DNA of 64,000 bases, from the NCBI GenBank assembly GCA_964035545.1, contig OZ037770.1, forward strand, positions 13,072,642 to 13,136,641, given 5' to 3'. Both the position numbers and the translations under genes were made by a program. The notes under the pieces are model-generated. The model made no database searches. It saw only the letters and a list, made by a program, of their open reading frames with translations, and was not told the origin of the DNA. The DNA is from Bugula neritina (Eukaryota; Animalia; Bryozoa). Positions 1 to 12,168 of the stretch are shown here, in pieces. The stretch's first letter is position 1, and every line of letters starts with the position of its first letter.

Positions 1-589
1 AGAATGGCTAAAATAGGCTCCCAGTGGTGTTATTACTAAGTCATAATGACCATTGATTTCAGATGAACATAATGTAATGTTGTTAGTAGCTTGCCAACCC
101 TTTCCAACTTAGTGCAGTATATCTTGCTAAGTTAAAAATTACTGTAAGGTTCTAAATCTCAATAACAACTTTTTAATTTCTTTATTTTAGAAAATACAGC
201 TTAAATAATACAACTACTATTGTCAATTTCATTTTTAGCTAATATTCATTCCATCTTCATTCTCATGGTTATAAAATTATGCTGATTCAGTTGTATTGAA
301 TTACTATTTAGATTCTTATAGGCACACCAGACCATGCGTAGTAATCATGTATTGTACATACAGCGGTCACATGTCAATCATAATGATAAATAGTGGTAGT
401 ATGGTATAAGGATAAGTAGTGGTAGTATGGTATAAGGGTAAATAGACTGTATCTTTATCCTTGTCCTGGTTTGACTCATGATTGCTTTTGGCATAACAAG
501 GAATAATCTTAGTTTATACTGACTTTGTACATTGCCAGCCTGTTATTTAATGGAACATATTTCTGTTGGGTGTATCGTATATGTGCTGT

Positions 590-865
590 TTTGTGTAGTG
601 TACCATACGGTGTATTGTGCTGTAGTGTATTGTGCTGTAGTGTATTGTGCTGTAGTGTGTTGTACTGTAGTGTGTTGTACTGTAGTGTGTTGTGCTGTAG
701 TGTGTTTTACTGTAGTGTGTTGTACTGTAGTGTGTTGTGCTGTAGTGTGTTTTACTGTAGTGTATTGTACTCTAGTGTGTTGTACTGTAGTGTGCTGTAC
801 TGTAGTGTATTGTACTCTAGTGTGTTGTGCTGTAGTGTGCTGTACTGTAGTGTGTTGTGCTGTGC
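590..865. repeat. 15-bp tandem minisatellite (TGTAGTGTGTTGTAC/TGC)n
   Basis: Direct repeats are visible; they explain the spurious repetitive ORFs 525-912 on both strands. Confidence 0.95.
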
Positions 866-1228
866 ACCTTGAAGCTATACAGTGGAGTCTTTGCACCCTG
901 ACATGTATTTAGACAAGTGTTAGTAGAAGAAAATGAATCAACTGTGTTGTAAAATGTTACAGCGCAGCAATTATTATTAAAAACTTGATTTGATAGCATT
1001 TTCAAAATGTGAGCTTTTCTAGTGACGCACTCATGGGCAGAAATGCATAATTTTGCTTAGCTTAAGTTCATCATTATGGTGTGACGTTTGAGGTGCATTA
1101 TTTTACTAGCAGACAACTCCTAATGTACAAGCAGGGCCAGCAATGCTACTTTGTCATATGATGTCTGTCATGTGGTGTGAGTTTACTGTTTGACTTGCAG
1201 AGACTTTGAGGCAGTCAGATCCAAGAGA

Positions 1229-3766
1229 ATGGCACAGCTGGCAGGTGGTCCCTCTGGTGTCAAGGAGGCAGATGCAGAGATACAGACTATCCTTGACAAG
1301 GTTGGTTGGTGCTACTTTACAATCAGTGAGGAGTGGAGGGGGAGAGGGGATAGTGTAGTATCATAAAATAGCTGTATATGTTAGACTTTAATAATCTTGC
1401 ACACGTTTATGGTCAGTATCCCTGTGAGAAACCCTGATAGAAAAGTGTTTTGTTAAATAGGGCTAAGGACTTAATCAGATGGGGCAGGGGAGCAATTATG
1501 ACTGGATGCTCTTCCTAACATCACCAATGGCATTCACTGCGTTTCCATGACTGCGCATAATGCGAATGAATGCCCCGTACGGATTATTTGTGGTTTGTGG
1601 TTTGCATTAACATATAGTTGCGGTTTCATTCGATTTAACTGTTTCCATTAGCCGAATGAAAAAATCCATTCGCATAATGCGATAATGGAAACGCAGTGAT
1701 TTGCTGGGTTCGAGCCCATGACTGAGTTTTTAAGCCAGTGCTCTAACCCCTAGACCACAGCTGCTCTCTAACATGTTTTGCTTCAATACAAGTGTGATAA
1801 TATTTTCGTGCTGTATACTATATTACCAATGAAATAATATTGTCCTATTGGTTGTTCACAGCTGCAAACGGTTGTATGTAAACTCTGCGTAGCTTGTTTA
1901 TTAAATATTAAAGGTTCAATCATAATGAACAGTATGTTTATAATAACGCAGTGTGTTTATAATGACCCAGTGCTAACCCAATGTTGACCAGTGGCTATTA
2001 TTTATATCATATACTAGCTGTGCTGTTGACCAGCTATAAATAGCACTTGTAAACATGTTTACATAGTAGACTTGTTTTTCTCCCTCTCAGTGAGTCTAGA
2101 CTAGAGTGTAGTAACTCTCCATCATGTTGATGTTGATTATAGACTGCATTGTGCAACTGCGTTATTAAAAGGGCGTGTCTAGTAGCCATGTTCTCATATA
2201 TCTCTGTTGGCTAGAGGGGGGTTGGGGTTTCATCAGGGCATTTTCTATAACTATAACTTTATTTTCACTGCAGCTATTAACATATTATCACTGCATTTCC
2301 ATTACTTTGTGAATGTGAATGAATGCTTAAACATCAAATGGAAAATCCATTCGGTATAATGCAAATCTTGGAAACTTTGTGCATATGGGTTATTTAATTA
2401 CCTCACACATGCAACAATATGGTATAGTAGTATATTAATCAGGAATATATAAAATGATTTACTCACTAGGAGTTGTCCACTATTGATAGGTTCTCTGTGA
2501 GCAGTTAGGATCACTCTATAGACAGCGCTGGGTTGAGGGTGACTGAGTGCAGTAGTTTTGGGATTCTCAGTCAGTTACCCTCAACTCGGAGCTGCTTATA
2601 GAATGATTCTGCCTAACTGCTCACAGAGAACCAATCAACGCTCTCAAAGTTTTATGTTTAATCTTTTAGACAAAGGCAGGTTTCGAAACTGAAGCAGGCG
2701 TAAAGTTTGATGAATTCACAGCTATTAGCTATAGATCTCAGGTGGTAGCTGGGACGAATTACTTCATCAAGGTAAGTGTAACATACTATCAAAATATGCA
2801 TTTACTCTAGTTAATGTACATCATGTACATCCCAGAGAGACACTAGGCTAAATTTCCCACTTTGACGTTTCCCAGTTAGACGCTCTTTTTATATCGGTGC
2901 TGTATAATTATATAATAATATGCCTATATTTACTTATATAACTGCTGCATTGATTGCTAAATAGCTAAAATACTAATAGCTATAGTAGCTAACGTGAATT
3001 ATCTGGAATAATATTTTGATTTTCATAGATTTGTGTGGACAAAAAACAGTAATATATTATTAATAAACATTATCATTAATCAATGAATACTCATTAACAA
3101 AATATCTGCTCAAACAAGAAGCACAAAATAGGTAAAATTATTATGTTAATGCAGATCAAAAACTTTATTTATGTGCTCAATACAAACCTTTATTTAAATA
3201 TACATATATTTAAATAATATTCAAATAAATTGTACATAAAATATATATTGTATCAATATAAATAAATAGTGTCTAACTGGGAAGCATCCAAGTGGAAAAT
3301 TTAGCCTCTCGTCTATCTGGGATGACACCAGTGTAACATACTACCAGAGTATGTATTTACTCTAGTTAGTGTTCTCTAACTCTACAAGCGGGTTTTTCTA
3401 TGCTTATCATAGCAACATTATTCAGCTCAAAAATAGTTTGAATAATGAAGAGTTGTTTTCTCCTAAAGTTATGTAACTGAGTATCAACTCAACTATCGTA
3501 AGATTTAACCTTGTTGCACCACGCCTCGTATCAGTGTGTTTTATATCAGCATTATCTAATGTTCTTGAGGGCTGCAAGGGAATAGGAGGCCATCTTACCA
3601 CAATCTGTGTTCTTGACCTTTTGTATTTGTCTTGTAGGTCAAGGTCGGCACTGATAAGTACGTTCATGTGAAAGTGTTCAAACCCCTCCCTCATACAGGT
3701 GCAGCTCTTGAGGTTAAAAACATACAACTTAACAAATCCCTGGAAGATGACATTTCTAATTTCTAA
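1229..3766 (+). CDS. CSTB: Cystatin-B/stefin-like type 1 cystatin, 3 coding exons (1229-1300, 2670-2771, 3638-3766), 100 aa
   Basis: Spliced translation MAQLAGGPSGVKEADAEIQTILDK|TKAGFETEAGVKFDEFTAISYRSQVVAGTNYFIK|VKVGTDKYVHVKVFKPLPHTGAALEVKNIQLNKSLEDDISNF*. It has the N-terminal GG, QVVAG and LP motifs, with GT-AG phase-0 introns as in stefins. The symbol is family-level, not proven orthology. Confidence 0.93.
1490..1770 (-). mobile_element. tRNA-derived SINE fragment interrupted by a MITE
   Basis: The minus strand reads GAGCAGCTGTGGTCTAGGGGTTAGAGCACTGG...GGGCTCGAACCC (A/B-box-like), then GGTGATGTTAGGAAGAGCATCCAG after the insertion. A related uninterrupted copy lies at ~58845-58935. Confidence 0.6.
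1535..1698. mobile_element. Non-autonomous CACTA/CACTG-type element (MITE)
   Basis: Perfect 14-bp TIR CACTGCGTTTCCAT...ATGGAAACGCAGTG flanked by a 3-bp direct repeat ATT. A degenerate relative lies at ~2289-2375. Confidence 0.75.
2483..2638. mobile_element. Fold-back MITE in cystatin-1 intron 1
   Basis: TIR GGTTCTCTGTGAGCAGTTAGG / CCTAACTGCTCACAGAGAACC (21 bp perfect), plus an inner inverted repeat GTTGAGGGT / ACCCTCAAC. A related fragment lies at ~37855-37905. Confidence 0.75.
2828..3324. mobile_element. MITE with ~55-bp imperfect TIRs in cystatin-1 intron 2
   Basis: CATCCCAGAGAGAC..GGCTAAATTT..CCCAGTTAGAC is inverted as GTCTAACTGGG..AAATTTAGCC..GTCTATCTGGGATG. Confidence 0.7.
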
Positions 3767-4376
3767 GCGTTCATCTAGTCCTGTTTTGTCATAACTTTCA
3801 CTAGTATATATTATATTCAGTCACTGTGTTTTGTGCTTAGGTGGAGGGTTTTACTAGTTGTTTGCTTTACTAAAATATAACGATATTTTTCAGTTTGTAA
3901 TAATTGGAGTTGTGCGTACACGAAGGTGCATAAATATTGCTTCCGCGTCACCCATTGTCCTGTTTTAACATGTTTTTCTCCACTACTAATAGTTTTACTT
4001 TGTTTAGCATCTGAATACTTTTATTAAAGCATATAATACTGGACACTGTTATATAATACTGCATAATTGAAGTCGTTTTCTCTTACTAAAACTTCTGTTT
4101 TTTAATCTAAGAATAATATAATGTGCTTATTTGTATTTTAATTTGTCATATTTTTGCTTTTAATAAATACTAATTTCAAAAATGGATAATATCCTTGTTG
4201 TATAAATGCATTTATGCTGGTAATATTTATGATTTGAAATGAAATATTGTGAGTTATTCAATAGTTAGTTGTTTTGCTTCAATTGCTGCTCAGTTTGGAT
4301 TAAGGTCTGCCTACTTATGAGCTGGAGTACAAACAATAGTTTAAGAAAATTAAGTTCAGTATCACATACATGTGTG

Positions 4377-4408
<32 letters not shown>

Positions 4409-4951
4409 AAATATACATACACATATACATATTCGCATACTAATTATACATACAATACGTATAAATACCTAGATAATTATGCACATATAATAATATGCGA
4501 AAGTGGCTGTGTGTGTAACACAAAGTAAAGGAATGTCATGTAGTTTATTACATTACACACAGGCTGTATATACTCAACAGTGCAATTACATAACTGTGTT
4601 TACATGCTGATTTTACTAGCAACACCAATCATTATTCAAAATCATATATGAAATATATCAAATTGTTGCATATAACAATTGTTGACTAAATTAGTAATAT
4701 TATAAAGCAATGTATATTATTGTACGCCATTGGTCTATGGCTGAAAGCCCTTAGTTATACATTTGCATGTTTAATTCAAGATGGAAGCTAAATTTATTTT
4801 GTATCTCACGAACAATAACATCCAATTTAACAAATATAATTAATATTTACCATTCTAGACACCCACAGGGCTGTCATTCCTGAACCAATCACAGAAACTG
4901 CAGTTGTATTTCACAGAGAGCTGAGAAGTGAAGGTTTTGCTGCACGTTGAG

Positions 4952-6906
4952 ATGTTGCGTAAAATTGCAAGTCACTTCATTTTGGTTTGTGTGTTCCTGA
5001 TATTTCTGAGCCAGGAAGGAAAATGTAATGTAGGCGGTTTAGAGTCTGCAAAGATATTGGATAACAGATTGGCAGAATTAGTGTTTAAAGTAAGTTAAAG
5101 ACACAGCAAGGCTTTATTGAATGTGTTTAAAGTGCAAAACTTTGTGAAATGTTATACAGGAATAATTTGACTCAAACATTTCCTTTAACATTAATTGACT
5201 TTACAAAATTCACTAAAAATTGACTCTCAATATAGGCTATATAAGTTTATTATACAATGTGAATGATTTATTCCACATTTTGAAATATTGTTTTATTAAT
5301 TCCTATTTATAATAAATAATATATTAATTTGTATATAAAATTAGGCACAACATTATACATATACATTTTGGATAATATATTATATAAAAATAGCAGCTTG
5401 TAACACCATGCATTATAATAGTGTACTTGTAAAGCATCATTACATAATATTATGTTATACTGTATATAGGTAATAGAATGTTAGGAGTAAGCTGCATGCA
5501 GGTAGTGCTCAGGTGTAGATATACTCAGACTAAAACATAATTATTATCTGTTAGTATGTCTGTGTCTATACTCCAATGCTTGCTGTAACATTATGCAGCT
5601 GTTTGCTATATAGCCATGTTTTCATTTATAGTTTAGAGATGAGTTTGAGAGAATGGCAGGGACGCCCTTCAATTACTATGTTCCCGTTTCTTATAGAATT
5701 CAGATTGTTGCAGGATCAAATAATTTTGTTAAGGTAAGTAGGAAGTGATTCTTGAGTTACATAAATAAATGATTGATTTATTGTTTTTAAATAATGAAAG
5801 ATGACTCAACAAAATTAAAGCTATACAGGTGAGCTATAGCGCTTACCTATTTTATAGAATCTTTCACTACATAAGATTTTTCTGATCTTCAACAACTATA
5901 TAAGTGTATATAACTATATATATATATATCAGAGCGCTTTTGTATATATATCAAGTTAATCAATTATTAAAGTGCATCGTTTTATATAGACATAACATAT
6001 CTGCAAACCCAATTATTTATTTCATTTAAAAAATTTTGGAGACTGTGTGCACATCTATCTGTATAACCACTTTATAACTTGGTCCTTTGCATGTAACCAC
6101 CGGAATAGTTGTATGCCTTCTGTCCAAACTCTTTCTTGGCTATAGCTATAGGGTGCTGTCTCTATCTCACAAAGTAGTTAGTATACTTAATGAAGGGTAA
6201 ATGGATGTAGGACACAGATGCAGGCCACAACTCTATGTTTGTCTATTGCCAACAGTATATTTTCTAAGTTAGACTTAGACTTGAGCTAACATTCGTACTT
6301 AGACTCATACTCGTACTGTAATCTATAACCATAAAAATTACAAAAACCTTGTTAACTTAACATTAATTACATAGCTGACAAAACATTTAGTTAATGAAGT
6401 TAAAAACAAAATATAATATAATACTTGATACTTACAATTATTTTGACAATTAAGTATAGATTGCCTGCATCTTTAGCAGGAGGAAAACTGAGCTACACTG
6501 ATTCATCGACCAAAAACTGTCAGTAAATAGCTATCGCGAAAGCTTTCACAAATAGCTTTCGTTACACAATGTTTTTTGGAAAGCTGCCAAAAAGCTACTG
6601 CAACAGAGACCTCTAAACACGCTCAAATTATTTTAGTATTATATGAAATAGTATTAGATGTTGGATGTTTGTCCGCTAATTTTAATAGTTCTAGCCATAT
6701 ATAATGGACAGTTTAAAATGATTATTAGTGTTATTACCTAACCCTGTATATAGGCATATTTTTATTTTGTTTTGCAGATACGAGTGTTTTATTCGGATTA
6801 CATCCACGCAAAGATTTATCTACCACTTCCTCAGAGTAATGAATTACCCAGGGCTATTGGTATACAGATAAACAAAAGTTTAGGTGATGTCATTGAACCT
6901 TTCTAA
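4952..6906 (+). CDS. Stefin-like cystatin with N-terminal signal peptide, 3 exons (4952-5089, 5632-5733, 6778-6906), 122 aa
   Basis: MLRKIASHFILVCVFLIFLSQEGKCNVGGLESAKILDNRLAELVFK|FRDEFERMAGTPFNYYVPVSYRIQIVAGSNNFVK|IRVFYSDYIHAKIYLPLPQSNELPRAIGIQINKSLGDVIEPF*. It has QIVAG and LP motifs, and exon 2 and 3 lengths (102, 129 nt) are identical to the upstream paralogue. Confidence 0.9.
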
Positions 6907-7903
6907 GTTGCTCTATGCTTCTTCGGTTATCCTTCCTGTATGCTTACCAGTATATAAATAGAAAGACACGTCTCAATTTTTAGTTTAAGATATGCATTAG
7001 TTTAGCTGTAATGAAATTTTAATTGATCGTGAAGGTGTATAAGCAGCTTGGAAGTTAAACTAACATTTATTCTAATATTGTTTCGCAGGAATAAAATAAC
7101 AAGGTATATTTTGTCTATTTTAATAACATATAGCGATTCTATTGAATGTAGTGAAGATCTACAGCAAACAATATTATAGTTCAGCTGAGACATACTTTAT
7201 TCATATTGAAACTTAGCTAATAGTATGTTTTGCAAGATATCATTGAGAAGATAACTCCTTCCAATTAGACACTGCCTCTGGTTTATACTAGCTAGCTGGT
7301 GACAAAGTGAAGTTTCAGGAGCACATATTTCCATTGAATCTCCGGTTTATATTGCCAGTTATTTTCAAGGTCAATGAAATGAATAATTATAGATTATCTT
7401 CCTAAGTGTGGCTGTCCACAATATCCTTCAACTGTCTCACAAATCTATAGTGAAGCATGAATGCAGCAGTCTTTAAACGGCCATAATTCTACAGCCATAG
7501 ATTTTATCGATCACATTGATTTGACATTACGTATAAATTCTGCAAGGTCAGTTATAAATGCAGGGAATTTAACATTTAAACGGAGTATGGTAGCATAGTT
7601 GAATGTTATATAACTGAATATATTTTATTTTTGACTGTTTAGATGCTCTATCCATGCATAAAATACACTAAAGCAAATGAAGTACAATAATTATTAGTAA
7701 ATAAATTATTAAAACCTTCTGGTAGTAAGAAAATAATTTGTTGGAAGAAACAAACTTAGAAGACTTCAAAATAAGAATTTTACAAATTTATGTACAAATA
7801 ATTTTACTGCAAGTTGATTGCATAAGATTCGCTATAACTTGCTTTCACATATAAATTGTACAAATACTCTTTAAAAAAACTGACAAAATAACAAGCTGCG
7901 TGT

Positions 7904-10433
7904 TTAAAATAGATAAAACCAGAAAAACCATAGCCAGCCTTCAGTGGGAATATCAAGAGATGGGGGGTCAGGTATGTCCCCCGCCTCGATGGTTATATTT
8001 GTGTAGAGTTTATGCTTTGTTATAGACAATACTTTAGCCTTAGTGATGGACATGTTGTTTAACCCGTCGATTTTCCACCAGTGCCGCCACTGGAGAAAGT
8101 ACGTATAGCCATGCTCAGACCGGCCTGACTTTATATGTCGCACCATCTTATATCTCCCGACATGATAAGGGGGACGCGTGCGTAGCAACCCTGTAAGTTA
8201 AAGGAAACATATTCAGAAACAAAGCTACGCTTCAAAATTTCCCCTACATATCCCAAGGAGTTCCAGCTTAGAACTATTATAGGAGTCGTATCACACTGTT
8301 TCCAGTCTTCAGTTTTCTCACAAGTTTGCAATCCTACTGGCCAATTGTTTTAATGAAATGAGTTTTTGACAATTGTTAAGTAAATGTTTCCGAAGCTTAG
8401 AATAAAATTTGCTAGTGGTAAGCTGACAATAAATTTTCCATTCCCATTGGCCAAAACTTTATTCTCTAAGCAACTGGTAGATTCTTACCATCCTTTCTCG
8501 GAAACCAGAATAACAGAATTTCAATATAAAGACTAACAAAATAGTCCTGAATTCAAAACTTTTTAATATCTAACACGAGTAGCAGGGAATAAACGAAAGA
8601 CACATCTACCTGCGCCCGCATTTACCTGCGCCAATAGTTCTGGCCGACATATCATCATCCTCGTTGCCCCAGCCGACAAACCTGTTGCCGAAGCCGTTGA
8701 CGAGCTGATAGTTCTGAGTGCTGAGAGCCGTGACCCCGCCGAATATTTTGTTGTACATGGGGTGGTATCTCTGCTCATCTATTGCAGACGCCAAGTGTCT
8801 GGCGTGGGAGTCGCAGACGTAGACGTTCTTGTCTGTTTCCGGTATCAAGTCAACGTCCTTTGTAATATGCATTAGATAGATATAGTATACAGTGCAGTGT
8901 TGGATATAGGTAGATAGATAAATATATATATTATTGCAATACTGGAGAACCTTTAGCATAAATGGCACACCCACAGTTACCACAGTCACACCCACACTCA
9001 CAGTTACCATAGTCACACTCACAGTTACCACAGTCACACTCACAGTTACCATAGTTACAGCCACAGTTACCACAGTCACACGTACAGTTACCACAGTCAC
9101 ACGTACAGTTACCACAGTCACACGTACAGTTACCACAGTCACACATACAGTTACCACAGTCACACTTACAGTTACCATAGTCACACCCACAGTTACCACA
9201 GTCACACGTACAGTTACCACAGTCACACTTACAGTTACCACAGTCACACTTACAGTTACCACAGTCACACGTACAGTTACCACAGTAACAAGTACAGTTA
9301 CCACAGTCACACTTACAGTTACCACAGTCACACCTACAGTTACCACAGTCACACGTACAGTTACCATAGTCACACTGAAAACAGCCCATGTGTAGCAGCA
9401 GAAACAACAACCAGAGGTAACTTCCTTTAGTACTGAATATACAGATGTCTTTCTTATACGCAGGTGTTGGGCCAATAGCAAAATACTAACAGCCGGAATA
9501 AATCACAAACATTCCATTTTTCTTAAATTGAATGTGGCAAGCAAATAGTAGAAGAATCAATATAAGTTACTATCAAATCAAGCTGGTGACCAACCTACTG
9601 CAGTTTGAAATCTGGGTCAACTCTAGCCTCATTTACAAGAATCAATATAAGGGCAGGTGAAACTGCATTCTAATTATTCAAACTGAAATGATTATTTGAT
9701 AATGTGAGCGCAGTAAAGAAGAAATTTGAATGAAAGACTATGTTCTAGGCCAGAAAATTGCAAAGGTTTTTCAAAATTTTCAACCCATCCCAAACTAAAG
9801 TTCATAAACAATTGAAGAACTTAAGCTATCAAATTATCTCCATTACTGTACTCGAACATCATTAGAAAGATGTGGATAAATACTAACTAAACTAACTGAA
9901 ATGGTTAGAAATAGTACCTGCATTATAACACAGTCAAACTGCTGCATCTTCATAGCCTCAAGAAAAGCAATATTGAAGAGTCGGCCCTTGGCAAACCCCC
10001 CATCTCCGGCCTGCACGGCCAGTATGATCTGGTAGGCTATCTTCTGCGTCTTGAGCATGGTGTGGAGACGGTTGAGCAGGACTCGAAGGTGGTAATCCCG
10101 ATCTCGATACGGGATAATAATCATGACCTTCTGCCAAGACTTGCAGTCTGACGGCTGCCATTTGCCCCCCATTTCCACGTGGGGGTTGTTTCTGGCAGCG
10201 TCTTCCATTGTTAAAGAGTGACTTAGATTTATAGGCACCGTCTTGAGTTCAGAGTATTTTAGTCGGCAGCGTTGAGTCTCGTTTGAAATTATAAAATAGT
10301 TGGAGTCTTCAAATATAAAGTCGGGCTCGGACTGAACGCACCCCGAGCCATAACTGAACATGGAATAAAGAAGTACACTAAAGTATGTGAATATAAGAAG
10401 TTTGAGAAAAGTTTTTGGTGTGAAGTTAGCCAT
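7904..10433 (-). CDS. GT7 beta-1,4-galactosyltransferase-family enzyme, likely beta-1,4-GalNAc-transferase (BRE-4-like); exons 10433-9918, 8857-8626, 8190-7904
   Basis: Type II N-terminal TM helix. Motifs GGKWQPSDC, IIIPYRDR, FAKGRLFN, Q|DVD (DxD), IFGGVTAL, VNGFGN-F-GWGNEDDD, RYKMVRH, LYTNITI. Splice phases join in frame (0, 1). Confidence 0.93.
8965..9376. repeat. 21-bp tandem minisatellite (ACAGTTACCACAGTCACACNT)n in the GT7 intron
   Basis: About 19 visible units; it produces the spurious VTVVTV, CDCGN and TVTTVT ORFs. Confidence 0.95.
9706..9855. mobile_element. Degenerate copy of the TA-flanked MITE family (see 12642-12803)
   Basis: Shares TGTTCTAG..AGAAA, AAGAACTTAAGCTATC and CTCCATTACTG with the other copies, in the opposite orientation to 12642-12803. 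Confidence 0.55.
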
Positions 10434-10666
10434 AGCTTGTTGTCACTTTGACAATGGTTGCTTGAAATTCAGTTGTAAGGTTTAGTTAATAGTCAAGTCA
10501 TGTGCTTGGATAAGGTCTGCATCTCATCACAAGTGGAAATGTGACATTCTCTATCTACAACATACACCGAATCTCACAATAATAATATGAATACTAAAAT
10601 TTAATTCAATCACAAAGTCTAACTCAAAGTGAAAATCAAAATGATAAAAATTACTAAGCCTTTACC

Positions 10667-10845
10667 TAGTAGTAGTACTAGTAAACAGTTACTAGTAGCA
10701 ATAGTAGTGCTAGTAGCACAAGCAGTAGTGGTGCTAGTACTAGTACTAGTAGTACTAGTAGTAGTGATAAGTGTCGGTCATAGTAGTAGTAGTACTAGTA
10801 GTAGTTGCATTAGTATTAGCAGTAGTAGCACTAGTAGTAGTAGTT
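10667..10845. repeat. (AGT)n-type low-complexity repeat
   Basis: Degenerate AGT/ACT trinucleotide run. Confidence 0.9.
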
Positions 10846-12168
10846 AACAATATAAATAAGTCAATATGAATAAGTATAATTATAAGTATAAGTATAACAT
10901 TAACAATATGAATACAGAATATCAATATAAATATTAACAATAATTATAATAATAATATCATATGAATAACATAGAAAGTAGAGTGATTTAGAACACGAGT
11001 ATATCACATATTATGAACAAAACTTACAAAAGTTGATAGAAAATAACATCATTTATATTTTCTTGTAGTCATAATGACTACGATATTAAGCATAAATCCA
11101 ACATTAACAATAAGAATAACATACTTACTAATGTTCAAGTTGCTGTCCTAGACCTAATTATTTGGAAATGGAACCGATAGTGAATGTCGACCTTGACCAA
11201 ACATAGACACGGTTCCTTTGCAATTGGGTGTATACCAAAGAGTTGGTGTGCAACAGAGCACAGTCTTATGGTTATACCTATAGGCGATTACAGTTGCATG
11301 TTAGTTAATCGGTTTCCGGTTTAAACTAATTCGCAACTAACAGATCAACTGACTAATCCTAATGATAACACATTCATGAAACAAGGGAACAAGAATGCCA
11401 TATGATTGTTTGATTGTGTTTTGAAAACTCCTTTTTTAAATATCTTTTATTTTCTATGATGTAGTCATGTAGAATAAGAATTTATTGCTAGCGTACAACT
11501 ACAAGACAATGTCATTGTTATTCTTATTGTAACGCCAACACCAACTGTTGAGTGGTAATGTCATTGTATTGTTTAGTTAAAGGATAACCATTAGTAAATC
11601 CCAAGCTATTAATCATCGCATATTATAGTGTTAATGCACACAAGATCTTCATTTTAAAACTGATAACTAGAAATGCTAGAGTCTCTCCATTTAACTGATG
11701 ATACTTGCTATTTTGGAAGCGAGTGAAAATGATTGCTTATAATATAATATTAAAATTTTAGCCTATTCACATGGGGATTGGTCAAGATAAGGAACTAACT
11801 AGGTATTACAATTTTTTTTTACAAATGTCATTATGTGTCCCAGCAAAAGATGTGGGCAAGAAAAAAAGGTTGCCTGGTTTTGTTACAAATGAAGTAATAT
11901 TATGTTGAGTGGAAAACTGCCATTTATTGTTAAAAAGCTGTTTAAATAGTTGGAAAAAAATGAACTGTAAACCATACAGAAATTCATAAAAGAGTAAAAG
12001 ATATATAAAAATTATATATGTTATATCTATACAAATATGGCTTTAGTAACAAAAGCATCCAAAAAGAACAAAGTAATTAATGAAGTTTAAAACATATAGT
12101 AATTAAGCATGGTCTATATAGGCTATATATGTGAAATGTCATCCACAAATGATGGAAAGCAGTTGGAA

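Noticed and set aside
525-912. Cys/Val- or Thr/Gln-rich repetitive ORFs
   Set aside because: They are translations of a 15-bp minisatellite that is open in several frames on both strands.
8931-9481. Metallothionein-like CDCGNC ORF and antifreeze-like TVT ORF
   Set aside because: A 21-bp minisatellite inside the GT7 intron; the true exon starts at the acceptor before DVD (8857).
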